A stretch of 64,000 nt of DNA from Acidimicrobiales bacterium (GTDB lineage Bacteria > Actinomycetota > Acidimicrobiia > Acidimicrobiales > Aldehydirespiratoraceae). The notes under the pieces were generated by a model. That model made no database searches, was not told the DNA's origin, and worked only from the letters and a program-made list of their open reading frames with translations. A program made the position numbers and the translations under genes. The DNA lies in the NCBI GenBank assembly GCA_033344915.1, contig JAWPML010000001.1, positions 3,032,369-3,096,368 of the forward strand, read 5' to 3'. Numbering within the stretch: the stretch's first letter is position 1; every line of letters starts with the position of its first letter. Below are positions 8,581 through 17,922 of the stretch, in pieces.

Positions 8581-9788
8581 GCACGTCCGCGGACGTCGCG
8601 ATCGTCGGCGCCGGCATCCTCGGGCTCACCACGGCGAGAGCACTGCTCGCCCGCGATCCACGGCGCCGCATCGTCGTCCTCGACAAGGAGGACACGCCGG
8701 CGCACCACCAGACCGGTCGCAACAGCGGCGTCATCCACTCCGGGATCTACTACCGGCCCGATTCCGGGAAGGCGGCGATGGTCGCGGCGGGACGTGACGA
8801 CCTGTTGGCGTTCCTCGAACAGCACGGCATCACCTACGACATGTGCGGCAAGGTCGTCGTGGCCGTCTCCCCCGACGAGGTCGGCCGCCTCGACGCACTC
8901 GAGGTCCGCGCCGCGGAGAACCATGTCGCCACGGAGCGGCTCGACCGGGCGGCCCTGCGCGAGCGCGAACCCCACATCGAAGGCGTGGCGGCGCTGCTCG
9001 TGCCGAGCGCGGGCATCGTCGACTACGCCGCCGTGTGTGACGCCCTCGTCGCCGAACTGGCCGCGGCCGGCGTGGAGATCCGACTCGGCACCGCGGTGCG
9101 CGGCGCGGTCGCCGACTCGAACGGGGTGACCGTCACCACCGACGGCGGCAGCCTCACCGTCGGGTCGATCGTGAACTGCGGCGGGCTGCACTGTGATCGG
9201 GTCGCCGTTGCGGCCGGGGCGGACACCGAGGGCGTGCGGGTCATGCCGTTCCGGGGCGAGTACTACGAGCTCGCCCCCCATGCCCGTGGCCTCGTCAACC
9301 ATCTCGTCTACCCGCTCCCCGACCCCGACTTCCCGTTCCTCGGCGTGCACCTGACCCGCATGATCGACGGCTCGATCCATGCCGGCCCCAACGCGGTGCC
9401 CGCGCTGGCGCGGGAGGGCTACCGCTGGCGTGACATCTCGCCGCGCGACACCGCGGAGATCGCGTTCGCTCGGCGCACCTGGGTCCTGGCCCGCCGCTAC
9501 TGGCGCAAGGAGGTCGGCGAGATCCACCGGTCACTGAGTCGCCGGGCGTTCCTGAAGGCGCTGCGGCGGCTGTGCCCGGACCTCTCGGCGGGCGACCTCG
9601 AGCCGTCGGCGTCCGGCGTGCGGGCCCAGGCCATCGCGCCGGACGGCACGCTGCTCGACGACTTCGCGTTCGCCGAGAGCCCCCGGGCCGTCCATGTGAT
9701 GAACGCGCCATCCCCGGCGGCCACGGCCAGCTTCGCCATCGCGGAGACCGTGGCCGACCGGCACGAACGCGTGCTCTCGCCGGGCTGA
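8577..9788 (+). CDS. lhgO: L-2-hydroxyglutarate oxidase/dehydrogenase (FAD-dependent)
   Basis: N-terminal DVAIVGAGILGLTTA Rossmann fold. HQTGRNSGVIHSGIYYRPDS and REREPHIEG...LLVPSAGIVDY align closely with E. coli LhgO as I remember it. GTGA overlap with the antiporter stop. Confidence 0.8.
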   Translation: MSTSADVAIVGAGILGLTTARALLARDPRRRIVVLDKEDTPAHHQTGRNSGVIHSGIYYRPDSGKAAMVAAGRDDLLAFLEQHGITYDMCGKVVVAVSPDEVGRLDALEVRAAENHVATERLDRAALREREPHIEGVAALLVPSAGIVDYAAVCDALVAELAAAGVEIRLGTAVRGAVADSNGVTVTTDGGSLTVGSIVNCGGLHCDRVAVAAGADTEGVRVMPFRGEYYELAPHARGLVNHLVYPLPDPDFPFLGVHLTRMIDGSIHAGPNAVPALAREGYRWRDISPRDTAEIAFARRTWVLARRYWRKEVGEIHRSLSRRAFLKALRRLCPDLSAGDLEPSASGVRAQAIAPDGTLLDDFAFAESPRAVHVMNAPSPAATASFAIAETVADRHERVLSPG

Positions 9789-9823
9789 CAATTCCGAGAA
9801 AAACCCTGTTCAGGGGTTGCTAG

Positions 9824-9839
9824 GCGAACATATGTTCGC
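9824..9839. promoter_or_regulatory. Candidate LexA SOS box: perfect 16-bp palindrome GCGAACATATGTTCGC
   Basis: Read directly. The core CGAAC-N4-GTTCG matches the Gram-positive/mycobacterial SOS box. It lies 12 nt upstream of the DUF222/HNH gene start, in a locally AT-richer spacer. Confidence 0.6.
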
Positions 9840-9851
9840 TATGGTGATCGT

Positions 9852-11081
9852 ATGTTCACGGCGACGATCACGGCGATGCGAGAGGACCGACTCGACGGTC
9901 TTTCGCGTGCCGAGCTCGTCGGCCGGGTCGAGGAGCTGCGGCGGTTCCGCGGCGCGGTCGCGGACTACGAAGCGCGGCTGGTGCGGGCGATCGACGCGTT
10001 GGACGACAACGGGCTCGACGGACGCGGTGTGCTGCGCTCACACGGGCGGGTGTCAGGCAAGACGGCTCATCGGGCGGCGCGGACCGCGCACGGGTTGGCC
10101 GACATGCCGCGTGCGGAAGCCGCGCTGGCGGCCGGGCGGATCACCGCGGAACATGCCCATTCGCTCACCAAGGCCGGTCGTGAGATTCACCCCGAGTCGG
10201 CTGACGCGGAGTTGGTCGAGATCGCGGAGACGTCGCCGGCGGACCTGTTCGCCAAGCGCACCACCGAATGGATCAGCAAGCGGAAGAAGTCCGACCCGAA
10301 GCCTGATCACGACGCCCAACGACGAGCCCGCACCCTGAAGCGCTGGGACGACAAGGCGACCGGGCTGCGCATGTTCCTCCTCGGCGTCGACCAAACCACC
10401 GGGGCACTCCTCGACGCCGACATCAACCGACTCGAACAAACCCTCTGGAACGACGACGGCGGCCGCAACGCCGACCCCACAACCGCCCGCACCCACGACC
10501 AACGCCTCGCCGACGCCGTCACCCAACTCATCACCGGCGCCCGGCGCGACACCGACCGGCCACCCCATCCCAAGTCCAACGTCACCGTCCTCATCGACAT
10601 CGCCGCCATGACTTCCGAGGACGGGAACCCGCTCGCCACATGCGTCCAGGACGGACAGCCGCTGCCGGCATCCGTGCTCGACCGGCTCACCTGCGTCTCC
10701 AGCATCACCCCGATCCTGTTCAACGGACCAGCCAACCCGATCTGGGTCGGCCGCGACCACCGCCACGCCACCCTCACCCAATGGCGCGCCCTCATCGCCC
10801 GCGACCGCGGCTGCATCGGCTGCGGCGCCACCCCCGACCGCTGCGAAGCCCACCACATCGACCACTGGGAACACCACGGCGACACCGACATCGACAACCT
10901 CGTCCTCGTCTGCACCCGCTGCCACCACAACATCCACGACCGAAACCACACCCTCCACCGGACCAACGGCCGCTGGACCATCCGACCACCCGGCGCACCA
11001 CCACCCGACACCACCGCCGACGCACCCATTCGCGACTTCCCCACCGACACCGAGCCCGAGTACCTCACGCTCACCGCCTGA
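9852..11081 (+). CDS. DUF222 domain + HNH endonuclease protein (REP13E12-type)
   Basis: N-terminal DUF222-like region (RLVRAIDALDDNG...RITAEHAHSL). C-terminal HNH: CIGCGATPDRCEAHHIDHWEHHGDTDIDNLVLVCTRCHHNIHD. Confidence 0.85.
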   Translation: MFTATITAMREDRLDGLSRAELVGRVEELRRFRGAVADYEARLVRAIDALDDNGLDGRGVLRSHGRVSGKTAHRAARTAHGLADMPRAEAALAAGRITAEHAHSLTKAGREIHPESADAELVEIAETSPADLFAKRTTEWISKRKKSDPKPDHDAQRRARTLKRWDDKATGLRMFLLGVDQTTGALLDADINRLEQTLWNDDGGRNADPTTARTHDQRLADAVTQLITGARRDTDRPPHPKSNVTVLIDIAAMTSEDGNPLATCVQDGQPLPASVLDRLTCVSSITPILFNGPANPIWVGRDHRHATLTQWRALIARDRGCIGCGATPDRCEAHHIDHWEHHGDTDIDNLVLVCTRCHHNIHDRNHTLHRTNGRWTIRPPGAPPPDTTADAPIRDFPTDTEPEYLTLTA

Positions 11082-11192
11082 GCACTGCTTGCCTCCGTCG
11101 CGGTCGCTTGCACCTTGACAACTGAAGACCAGGCGTCTGCACGACATCTTCACATCGGGCGCGGGACTCCTGCACAGGGAGGTCTCTACGGT

Positions 11193-11870
11193 GTGGTCGT
11201 GGGGAACATTCTCGTCGTCGAAGACGAACCAGCCATCGCGACCGCGGTCGCCGCCCGGCTCGAAGCCGATGGGCACGCGGTGGAGATGTGTCACGACGGT
11301 GCGGAGGCGGTGGAGCGATGCGCCGAACTCGAGCCGGATCTCGTCGTGCTCGATCTCCTGCTGCCGAGCCTCGACGGTCTCGAGGTCTGCCGTCGGATCC
11401 AGGCCGGCCGACGGGTCCCGGTCGTGATGCTCACGGCCCGCGACGACGAGACCGACATGCTCGTCGGGCTCGCGGTCGGCGCGGACGACTACATCACCAA
11501 GCCGTTCTCGCCTCGTGAACTGGTCGCCCGGGTCAACGCGGTGCTGCGTCGGGTCTCCGAGGAAGGCAGCGGCCCGAGCGGCCCGGATCACCAGCTCGGC
11601 GCGGTGGAGATCTTCCGGGCGAGCCGGCGCATCCGGGTCGACGATCGCGAGGTGCACCTCACGCCGACCGAGTTCGACCTCCTCGCCCAGCTGGCGGCCG
11701 CCGCGCCGGCGGTGCTCACCCGCCAGCAGCTGCTCGTGGCCGTGTGGGGCTATCGAGACGGGTCCGGGGCGCGCACGGTCGACAGTCATGTGCGGGCCGT
11801 TCGCCGCAAGCTCGGCGACGAGGTGATCCGCACGGTCCACGGTGTCGGCTACTCGATCGGCGATCTCTGA
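11193..11870 (+). CDS. OmpR/PhoB-family response regulator
   Basis: Trimmed to the GTG at 11193, after GGGAGG. Receiver: ILVVEDEPAIA...DLVVLDLLLPSLDG. Winged-helix output: LTPTEFDLLAQLA...VDSHVRAVRRKLG...IRTVHGVGYS. Confidence 0.85.
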   Translation: MVVGNILVVEDEPAIATAVAARLEADGHAVEMCHDGAEAVERCAELEPDLVVLDLLLPSLDGLEVCRRIQAGRRVPVVMLTARDDETDMLVGLAVGADDYITKPFSPRELVARVNAVLRRVSEEGSGPSGPDHQLGAVEIFRASRRIRVDDREVHLTPTEFDLLAQLAAAAPAVLTRQQLLVAVWGYRDGSGARTVDSHVRAVRRKLGDEVIRTVHGVGYSIGDL

Positions 11871-12889
11871 TGGCGAAGATCCGTCCGCTCGACGTCCTTC
11901 CGTCGATCAAGCTCAAGCTGTCCGCCGTCATCATCGGGGCGATCGCGATCGCCGCGTTGGTGAGCACGATCGGCTTCCGGCTCGACTGGCCGGTCTGGAT
12001 CCGCCCGGTCATCTCCGGGGCGATCGGCGTGGCGATCATGTGGTTCTTCGCCGGCGGCATCGTGTCGCCACTGCGGGAGATGGCCGCCGCCGCGACCCGC
12101 ATGGCGAGAGGCGACTATCGGGCACGGGTCACGGCCACGTCGGCCGACGAGGTCGGCGAGCTCGCCCGGGCGTTCAACGCGATGGCGCTCCAACTCGAGG
12201 AGGTGGATCGGGACCGGCGGGATCTGATCGCGATGGTGAGCCACGAGCTGCGCACGCCGATCACCGCCCTCCAGGCGAACCTGGAGAACATCGTCGACGG
12301 TGTGACCGCGGCGGACGACGAGGTGCTCGCCACCATGCTCACCCAGACCGAGCGGCTCGGCCGGCTGGTGTCCCAACTCCTCGACCTGAGTCGGCTCGAG
12401 TCGGGTGCGATCCCGCTGACCCTCGAACCGGTGGAACTCGGCAGCCTCGCCCGGGAGGCTGCGCAGGAGGTGCGGCTCCACCGACCGGATCAGGCGATCC
12501 ACGTCGAGATGGAGCCGGCCGATCTGACGGTCGTCGCCGATCGCGAGCGACTGCACCAGGTGATGGCGAACCTGCTCGACAACGCGTCCCGGTTCAGTCC
12601 GGACGACGAATCGGTGATCGTGCGGGGCCGGGTGCGCGGCGACGACGCCCGCATCGAGGTGATCGACTGCGGCCCCGGCATCCCCGAAGGCGACGCCGTG
12701 CGGATCTTCGAGCGCTACCAGCGCGGCAGCCATGCCCGGTCCACCGAGTCCGGCGGCACCGGACTCGGTCTGGCCATCGCCCAGTGGGTCGTGGAGCTCC
12801 ACCACGGCACGATCACCGCCCAGCCGGGATCGCCCTCGGGCTGTCGGATCGAACTCGACCTGCCGTTGACGGGAGCGACCGACCGATGA
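11870..12889 (+). CDS. Sensor histidine kinase (HAMP + HisKA + HATPase_c)
   Basis: The ATG at 11870 overlaps the regulator's TGA by 1 nt. Two N-terminal TM helices, a HAMP domain (EVGELARAFNAMA), H-box SHELRTPITAL, and G-box GGTGLGLAIA. Confidence 0.85.
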   Translation: MAKIRPLDVLPSIKLKLSAVIIGAIAIAALVSTIGFRLDWPVWIRPVISGAIGVAIMWFFAGGIVSPLREMAAAATRMARGDYRARVTATSADEVGELARAFNAMALQLEEVDRDRRDLIAMVSHELRTPITALQANLENIVDGVTAADDEVLATMLTQTERLGRLVSQLLDLSRLESGAIPLTLEPVELGSLAREAAQEVRLHRPDQAIHVEMEPADLTVVADRERLHQVMANLLDNASRFSPDDESVIVRGRVRGDDARIEVIDCGPGIPEGDAVRIFERYQRGSHARSTESGGTGLGLAIAQWVVELHHGTITAQPGSPSGCRIELDLPLTGATDR

Positions 12890-14352
12890 CCTCGACGCTG
12901 CCACCGCCCCCGAGCACGCCGCCCCCACCCCGCGCCGAGGAACGGCTCTTCGCCCCGCCGCACGATCTCTGGCGCATCACGCCGGGGCCGCGGCTCCTCG
13001 GCGGGCTCGTGCTCGGCGGTGTGGCGGTCGATCTCGGCGTGCGTCATCCCGTCGGGGCGTTGTCGCTCGTCGCCGTCGCGCTGCTCGTCGCCGCCGGCCG
13101 CGCCGGCGGGTGGGTGCAGGGCGACCTCGCCCGTCGACTGCACCTCCTCGCGCTCGTTCCGGCCGCCCTGCTGTGCCTGCGGGCGACGCCGTGGCTGGTT
13201 CCCCTGAACGTCATCGCGACGCTCGGCCTGCTCGCCCTCGCGGCCGCGGTGCGCGACGAACCAGGGGCGCTGGGCCGCGCCGTGCTCCGCCTCGTCCGCC
13301 CGACGACCGCCCTCGAGCCGGCCGTCCTCTCCCACCAACTGGCGACCCGTTCCGTGGCGGCCACGGTGCGAGGGCGGGACACGCTCGCCCGGCGGATCGT
13401 GCGGGCCCTGACCGGGCTCGCGATCGTGGCACCCGTCGCCGCGGTGCTGATCGCCCTGCTCGCCGCGTCGGACGCCCTGTTCCGATCCTGGATCAGCGTG
13501 CCGTTCGATCTGCCGACGGTCACCGGCCATCTGGTCGTCGTGGGCCTCGGGGCGATGATGACCGCCGCGCTCGCCGGGCACGGCGGGTGGGCGATCGTCG
13601 ATCGCGTGCGCGAACCCCGCCGGATCCTCGGCTCGACGGAGGCCACGATGGTGCTCGGTGTGGTCGTCGCGATCTACGCCGTGTTCGTGGCGGCCCAGGT
13701 CGTCGCGATCAGCGCAGGTGAGCGCTACGTCGAGCGCAACACGAGCCTTGACTACTCGGAATACGCCCGCAGCGGCTTCTTCCAACTGCTGGCCGCGTCC
13801 GTGCTGACCCTCGCGGTCCTGCTCGCGGTCGATCGGTGGCGCCGCCGCGGCACGGAGCCGGCGACCCGTCGGATCCGCCGCCTCGAACTGGCCACGATCG
13901 GACTCACCCTCGTCGTCGTCGGCGTGGCCATCCGCCGGCTGTTCCTCTACGAAGCGGAGTTCGGGCTCACCATGCTGCGGCTCTACACGATCGTGTTCGC
14001 CGCGTTCATCGGCGTCGTGTTCCTCGTGGTCGCCGCGCATCTGCAGGGCCGGCTCCGCCACCACCCGGTCGGCGTGGTGGCAGGCGTCGCCCTCACGCTC
14101 CTGCTGGCGATGAATCTGGTGAACCCGGAAGCACTCGTGGCCCGACGGAACCTCGACCGATTCGCCGAGACGGACCAACTCGACGTTGCCTATCTCGTCG
14201 ATCACCTGGGTGTCGACGCCATCCCGACCATCCTGGACGACCCGACGGCACGAGCCGAGGTGTGCGCCCGCGCCGTCACGATCGACGATCGAGTGATGGT
14301 GTTCAACTGGGGGCGCGTCGACGCGGCCCGAGCCATCGACGACGCCTGCTGA
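12886..14352 (+). CDS. Polytopic membrane protein (DUF4153/DUF4173-like) coupled to the two-component system
   Basis: ATGA overlap with the kinase stop. About 488 aa with many TM helices. The YSEYARSGFFQLL motif resembles DUF4153/DUF4173 proteins. The domain name is from memory. Confidence 0.6.
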   Translation: MTSTLPPPPSTPPPPRAEERLFAPPHDLWRITPGPRLLGGLVLGGVAVDLGVRHPVGALSLVAVALLVAAGRAGGWVQGDLARRLHLLALVPAALLCLRATPWLVPLNVIATLGLLALAAAVRDEPGALGRAVLRLVRPTTALEPAVLSHQLATRSVAATVRGRDTLARRIVRALTGLAIVAPVAAVLIALLAASDALFRSWISVPFDLPTVTGHLVVVGLGAMMTAALAGHGGWAIVDRVREPRRILGSTEATMVLGVVVAIYAVFVAAQVVAISAGERYVERNTSLDYSEYARSGFFQLLAASVLTLAVLLAVDRWRRRGTEPATRRIRRLELATIGLTLVVVGVAIRRLFLYEAEFGLTMLRLYTIVFAAFIGVVFLVVAAHLQGRLRHHPVGVVAGVALTLLLAMNLVNPEALVARRNLDRFAETDQLDVAYLVDHLGVDAIPTILDDPTARAEVCARAVTIDDRVMVFNWGRVDAARAIDDAC

Positions 14353-14358
14353 CCCGGG

Positions 14359-17300
14359 TCAGACGGTGACGGTCAACGGCTCGCCACAGGCCGCGGCGAA
14401 CGCCGTGCGCCACCCGAGCGTGTCCAGACCGAGCGCACTCGCGGTCTTGATCGCCCGCACCTCGGCGGCCGCTGCGTCCTCCGCATCGAGGGTCGCCAGA
14501 CACTGCGCTTCCGCGAGCGCCACCACCGTGGGGTGCACGCGATCGCCACCGGCGGGGATGGCGTCGTAGGCCCGGCCGAGTGCCACCCGGCACCCTTGTT
14601 CGTTGCCGGAACGGGCCGCCACGCAAGCAAGCGCGAGACGGGCCAGCACGCGGTCAGCGTAGGTGGTCCGCGTCGACGACTCGACCACATCGGCGAGGGA
14701 CTCCACGTCCTTCTCGACGACGGCGGCGACGAGGGCGAGCACGGCCCACCCCCAGGTCGATCCTTCACCGGGTGTGTCCGGCATGACATCGAACAGGCGC
14801 ACGGCGACGTCCACGTCCCCCCGCTGAAGGCTGATCAGCGCCATGGCCACGGTCTGGTCGGACTCCCCGAGCCGGTCGTCGTCGAAGCCGACGACCTCGC
14901 GGAACGTGCGGCGACCGATCATCACGTCGCCCACGGTGGCGGCGGCCGCGGCCAACGCGGTCTCGAGGATCTGGGCGCCGGGGTGACCGGGCTCCTTGGC
15001 GAGCTCACCGGTGAGGATCCGGAACCCCTCGGCGATGCGCCCCGCACGGATGAGGGCGCGGGCCTCGACGGCGATCGCCTGCACGAGGCCCATCGGATCC
15101 GAGTCGAGGGGCATGATCTGCTGCGCCCGCTGCGCTCGACGGACGGCTTCGTCGACCCGCCCCGTCCACAGCGCCGAGATCGCCAGGGCGACGTGCATCA
15201 TCCCCTGGGCCCAGCGGTCACCACGGTCGCGCGCCTCCGCCAGCGTGCGGGTGGCGAGCTCGTCCGCCTCCGCGAATCGACCGGCATGGATCCGCACATA
15301 GGCGAGCAGGCCCCGCGACCAGGCCATGCCGGCGAGGTCACCGAGCTCCTCGAACGCGTCGACCGCCTGTTCGAGCCGCACCTCCGCGTCGCCCATCTCG
15401 CCGGACACGTACGAGATCCAGGCAAGGTTCTGACGGGCCCAGGCCATCCCCCGAGGATCGCCGGCCTCCCCGTAGGCGTCGTACGCGAGGTTGATCGACG
15501 ACTCGGCCATGTCGTGTTCGCCCCGGAAGAGCCGCACCATGCCGACGCGCCGCAGGCCATCGGCCTCGAGCACGGGATCCTGCAGCGAGTGCGCCAGCTC
15601 GAGCGCGTTCTCCCCGATACGCAGCGCCCCGTCCTGGTCGCCGAGCCATTGGGCCACCTCGCTGCGCAGGAGCTGGATGCGCACATCGAGTCGCGGGTCG
15701 TCCACCCGTTCGAGGAGCGGCCCCGCCGCGTCGAGATCGCGGGCGGCGATGGCGACGTCCAACCGGCTGAGGGCGGACTCGGCTCGTTCCAGCAGCACCT
15801 CCGCCTTGCGAACGTCGTCGTCGTCCATCAGTCCGAGCGCTTCGCCGAACAGTTGCTCGGCCCGCTCGACGGCACTCGCACCCGAGGTCGCCCGGCCGGC
15901 GGCGAGTGTCCATTCGATCGCCTTCTCGGTCAGGTCGTCGCCGATCCCGTCGATGCCACCGAGCTCGCGGTTGTGCAGCGCCGCCCGGCGGTAGTGGTAC
16001 GAGATGATCTCCGCCCCGCCGGCGTGCTTGTTCGCCTCGATCCAGCTCGCGATGCCGGCGTGGCGCCAGGCCCGATCCGTCTTCGTGAGGCGGCTGTAGA
16101 CCACGTCGCGCACGAGGTTCGCCCGAAACGCCCAGGTCCGCCCGGTGTGCTCGAGCAGATCGAGCCGCTCGAGCGTGCGCAAGGCGCTCACGATGTCGGC
16201 CTCACCGCGTTGGATCTCGGCCATCCGTTCGAGCGCCACGACCTCCCCGCGCAGACCGAGCACGGCGGCGTCTTCGATCACGTGGCGGGCCACGTCGTCG
16301 AGAGCATCGAGTCGACTGCTGATCACGCTGCGGACGTTCGCCGGGAGATTGCCGATCTCGTCGAGGTCGGCCTCCTCGACCATGCGGGCCATCTCCTCGA
16401 GGAACAGGGGGTTGCCGCCCGCCCGTTCGACGATCTGGGCCCGCACCTCGTCCGAGGCGTCCGGGAGCAGGACGCGGGCGAGCCGGTCACCGGCGTCGGC
16501 GTCGAGCGGTTCGACATTGAGGCTCATGACGTTGAAGCGACCGGGCTTCGGGTTCCAGCGATCGAACATCTCGGCCCGACCGGTGACCAGCAGCACGACC
16601 CGGCGCCGGCTCAGCCGGTCCAGGAAGTCGTCCAGGAGGCGCAGCACGGGATCGTCGGCCCAGTCGATGTCGCTCAACCAGACGAACACGGGCCCGTTGC
16701 GCGACAAGGCGTTGAGCAGCGCGATCGCGGCCCGGGTGCCCTCCTCCGCGGCCCGCTCGTGGTCGAGTCGGGCGAGCCCGGTCTCGTAGCCGAGGAGATG
16801 GCGCAGCCCCTCGGCGGTACGGGCGACGTTGACCGGATCCGCGTCCGGTCCGAACGCCGAAGCCACGCCATCGGCGACGAGGTCGGGAACGTCCTCCGGG
16901 GCCGTCGACGCGTCGATGTCGAGTGCGCCCCGCGCCGCTTCGGCCACCGGCCACCACACGTTCGCCTCGCCGTAGGGCAGGCACCGACCGTGTAGCACGA
17001 GGGCGCCGAAGTCGGTGCGGGCGACCGTGGCGACCTCCTCGGCCAGCTTGGTCTTGCCCAGACCCGATTCGCCCGTGAGCACGATCAGCTGGGCGCGGCC
17101 CCGGCGATACGCCGCGGCGACGGCGCGACGCAGCACCGCGAGCTCGGGATCGCGCCCGATCAGCGGCACGTCGGGTCGGTCGCGACGTTCGCCGGGTCGA
17201 CCGACCGGTTCGACGGCGCGGAACGCGTTGACCGGTTCTTCGCGACCGCGGGCGTGGAGCTGCCCCATCGAACGGAAGTGGATGACCTCGGCGGTGGCGG

Positions 17301-17829
17301 CGTGGGTGGCCGCGCCGACCAGCACGGTGCCGGGTTCGGCGGCGGTCTGGAGCCGGGACGCCGTGTTCACCACGTCGCCCATGGCGGTGTAGTCGTCGCC
17401 GGCGGAAATGGCACCGACCACCACTTCGCCGGTGTTGATACCGATACGCACCCGGATGCCCACCCCGGTCTCGTTGTCGAAGCGGGTGACGGTCTCCTGC
17501 ATGCGCAGACCGGCCCGCACCGCGCGTTCGGCGTCGTCCTGGTGAGCCACGGGGGCGCCGAAGAGGGCGACGATGGCGTCGCCGATCACCTTGTCGACGC
17601 GCCCGCCGAAGGCGGTGATGTCGTCCGCCAGCAGGGCGAAGCAGCGGTCGACGAGGTTCTTGACCTGTTCCGGGTCGCGGGTCTCCGACAGGCCCGTGAA
17701 ACCGACGATGTCGGCGAACAACACCGTGACGAGGCGCCGTTCGTCGTGCCGACGCGCCATCTCGTGCCCGCAACTGCTGCAGAAGCGCGCCGCGTCGGCC
17801 TCATCGCTGCGACAGTTGGGGCACTCCAT
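14359..17829 (-). CDS. Zn-ribbon / class III adenylate-guanylate cyclase / AAA(AAA_16) ATPase / TPR multidomain regulator
   Basis: N-terminal CPNC...CSSCG. Cyclase domain: VTVLFADIVGFTGLSE...GDAIVALFGAP...RIGINTGEVVVG...GDVVNTASRL. P-loop: LTGESGLGKTKLA. The long C-terminal half is helical and TPR-like. No LuxR-type HTH at the C-terminus. Confidence 0.85.
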   Translation of the reverse strand: MECPNCRSDEADAARFCSSCGHEMARRHDERRLVTVLFADIVGFTGLSETRDPEQVKNLVDRCFALLADDITAFGGRVDKVIGDAIVALFGAPVAHQDDAERAVRAGLRMQETVTRFDNETGVGIRVRIGINTGEVVVGAISAGDDYTAMGDVVNTASRLQTAAEPGTVLVGAATHAATAEVIHFRSMGQLHARGREEPVNAFRAVEPVGRPGERRDRPDVPLIGRDPELAVLRRAVAAAYRRGRAQLIVLTGESGLGKTKLAEEVATVARTDFGALVLHGRCLPYGEANVWWPVAEAARGALDIDASTAPEDVPDLVADGVASAFGPDADPVNVARTAEGLRHLLGYETGLARLDHERAAEEGTRAAIALLNALSRNGPVFVWLSDIDWADDPVLRLLDDFLDRLSRRRVVLLVTGRAEMFDRWNPKPGRFNVMSLNVEPLDADAGDRLARVLLPDASDEVRAQIVERAGGNPLFLEEMARMVEEADLDEIGNLPANVRSVISSRLDALDDVARHVIEDAAVLGLRGEVVALERMAEIQRGEADIVSALRTLERLDLLEHTGRTWAFRANLVRDVVYSRLTKTDRAWRHAGIASWIEANKHAGGAEIISYHYRRAALHNRELGGIDGIGDDLTEKAIEWTLAAGRATSGASAVERAEQLFGEALGLMDDDDVRKAEVLLERAESALSRLDVAIAARDLDAAGPLLERVDDPRLDVRIQLLRSEVAQWLGDQDGALRIGENALELAHSLQDPVLEADGLRRVGMVRLFRGEHDMAESSINLAYDAYGEAGDPRGMAWARQNLAWISYVSGEMGDAEVRLEQAVDAFEELGDLAGMAWSRGLLAYVRIHAGRFAEADELATRTLAEARDRGDRWAQGMMHVALAISALWTGRVDEAVRRAQRAQQIMPLDSDPMGLVQAIAVEARALIRAGRIAEGFRILTGELAKEPGHPGAQILETALAAAAATVGDVMIGRRTFREVVGFDDDRLGESDQTVAMALISLQRGDVDVAVRLFDVMPDTPGEGSTWGWAVLALVAAVVEKDVESLADVVESSTRTTYADRVLARLALACVAARSGNEQGCRVALGRAYDAIPAGGDRVHPTVVALAEAQCLATLDAEDAAAAEVRAIKTASALGLDTLGWRTAFAAACGEPLTVTV

Positions 17830-17922
17830 TTCTCCAGCGTATGCGGGATCCTCCCTGCGAATGACCCCTGGTCATCGCATCGGATGATGTTCGCGACCCC
17901 ATCGAATCCGTACGGTGGGGGC

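Noticed and set aside
9852-11081. Possible anti-phage defence island combining the HNH nuclease, the STAND-like cyclase giant (14359-17829), Lhr (43632-48197) and patatin (58434-59381)
   Set aside because: The genes are scattered over 50 kb among housekeeping genes, each in its own transcriptional context. No known defence-system gene grammar is present.
11115-11120. TTGACA hexamer as the -35 element of the OmpR-type regulator promoter
   Set aside because: No acceptable -10 hexamer lies at 16-19 nt spacing, and a single hexamer match is expected by chance.
10053-11840. 595-aa minus-strand ORF
   Set aside because: It is antisense to the DUF222/HNH gene and the OmpR-type regulator, both of which have clear motifs on the plus strand.
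14349-14362. Palindromes spanning convergent stop codons: CTGACCCGGGTCAG here, CTGATCAG at 33195-33202, and CTAG at 59378-59381
   Set aside because: They are explained trivially by two facing stop codons (TGA/TCA, TAG/CTA) with a short spacer. There is no evidence they belong to the dispersed repeat family.
14533-16995. 820-aa plus-strand ORF
   Set aside because: It is antisense to the cyclase/AAA/TPR gene. No motifs are present, and it has the shadow-ORF composition.
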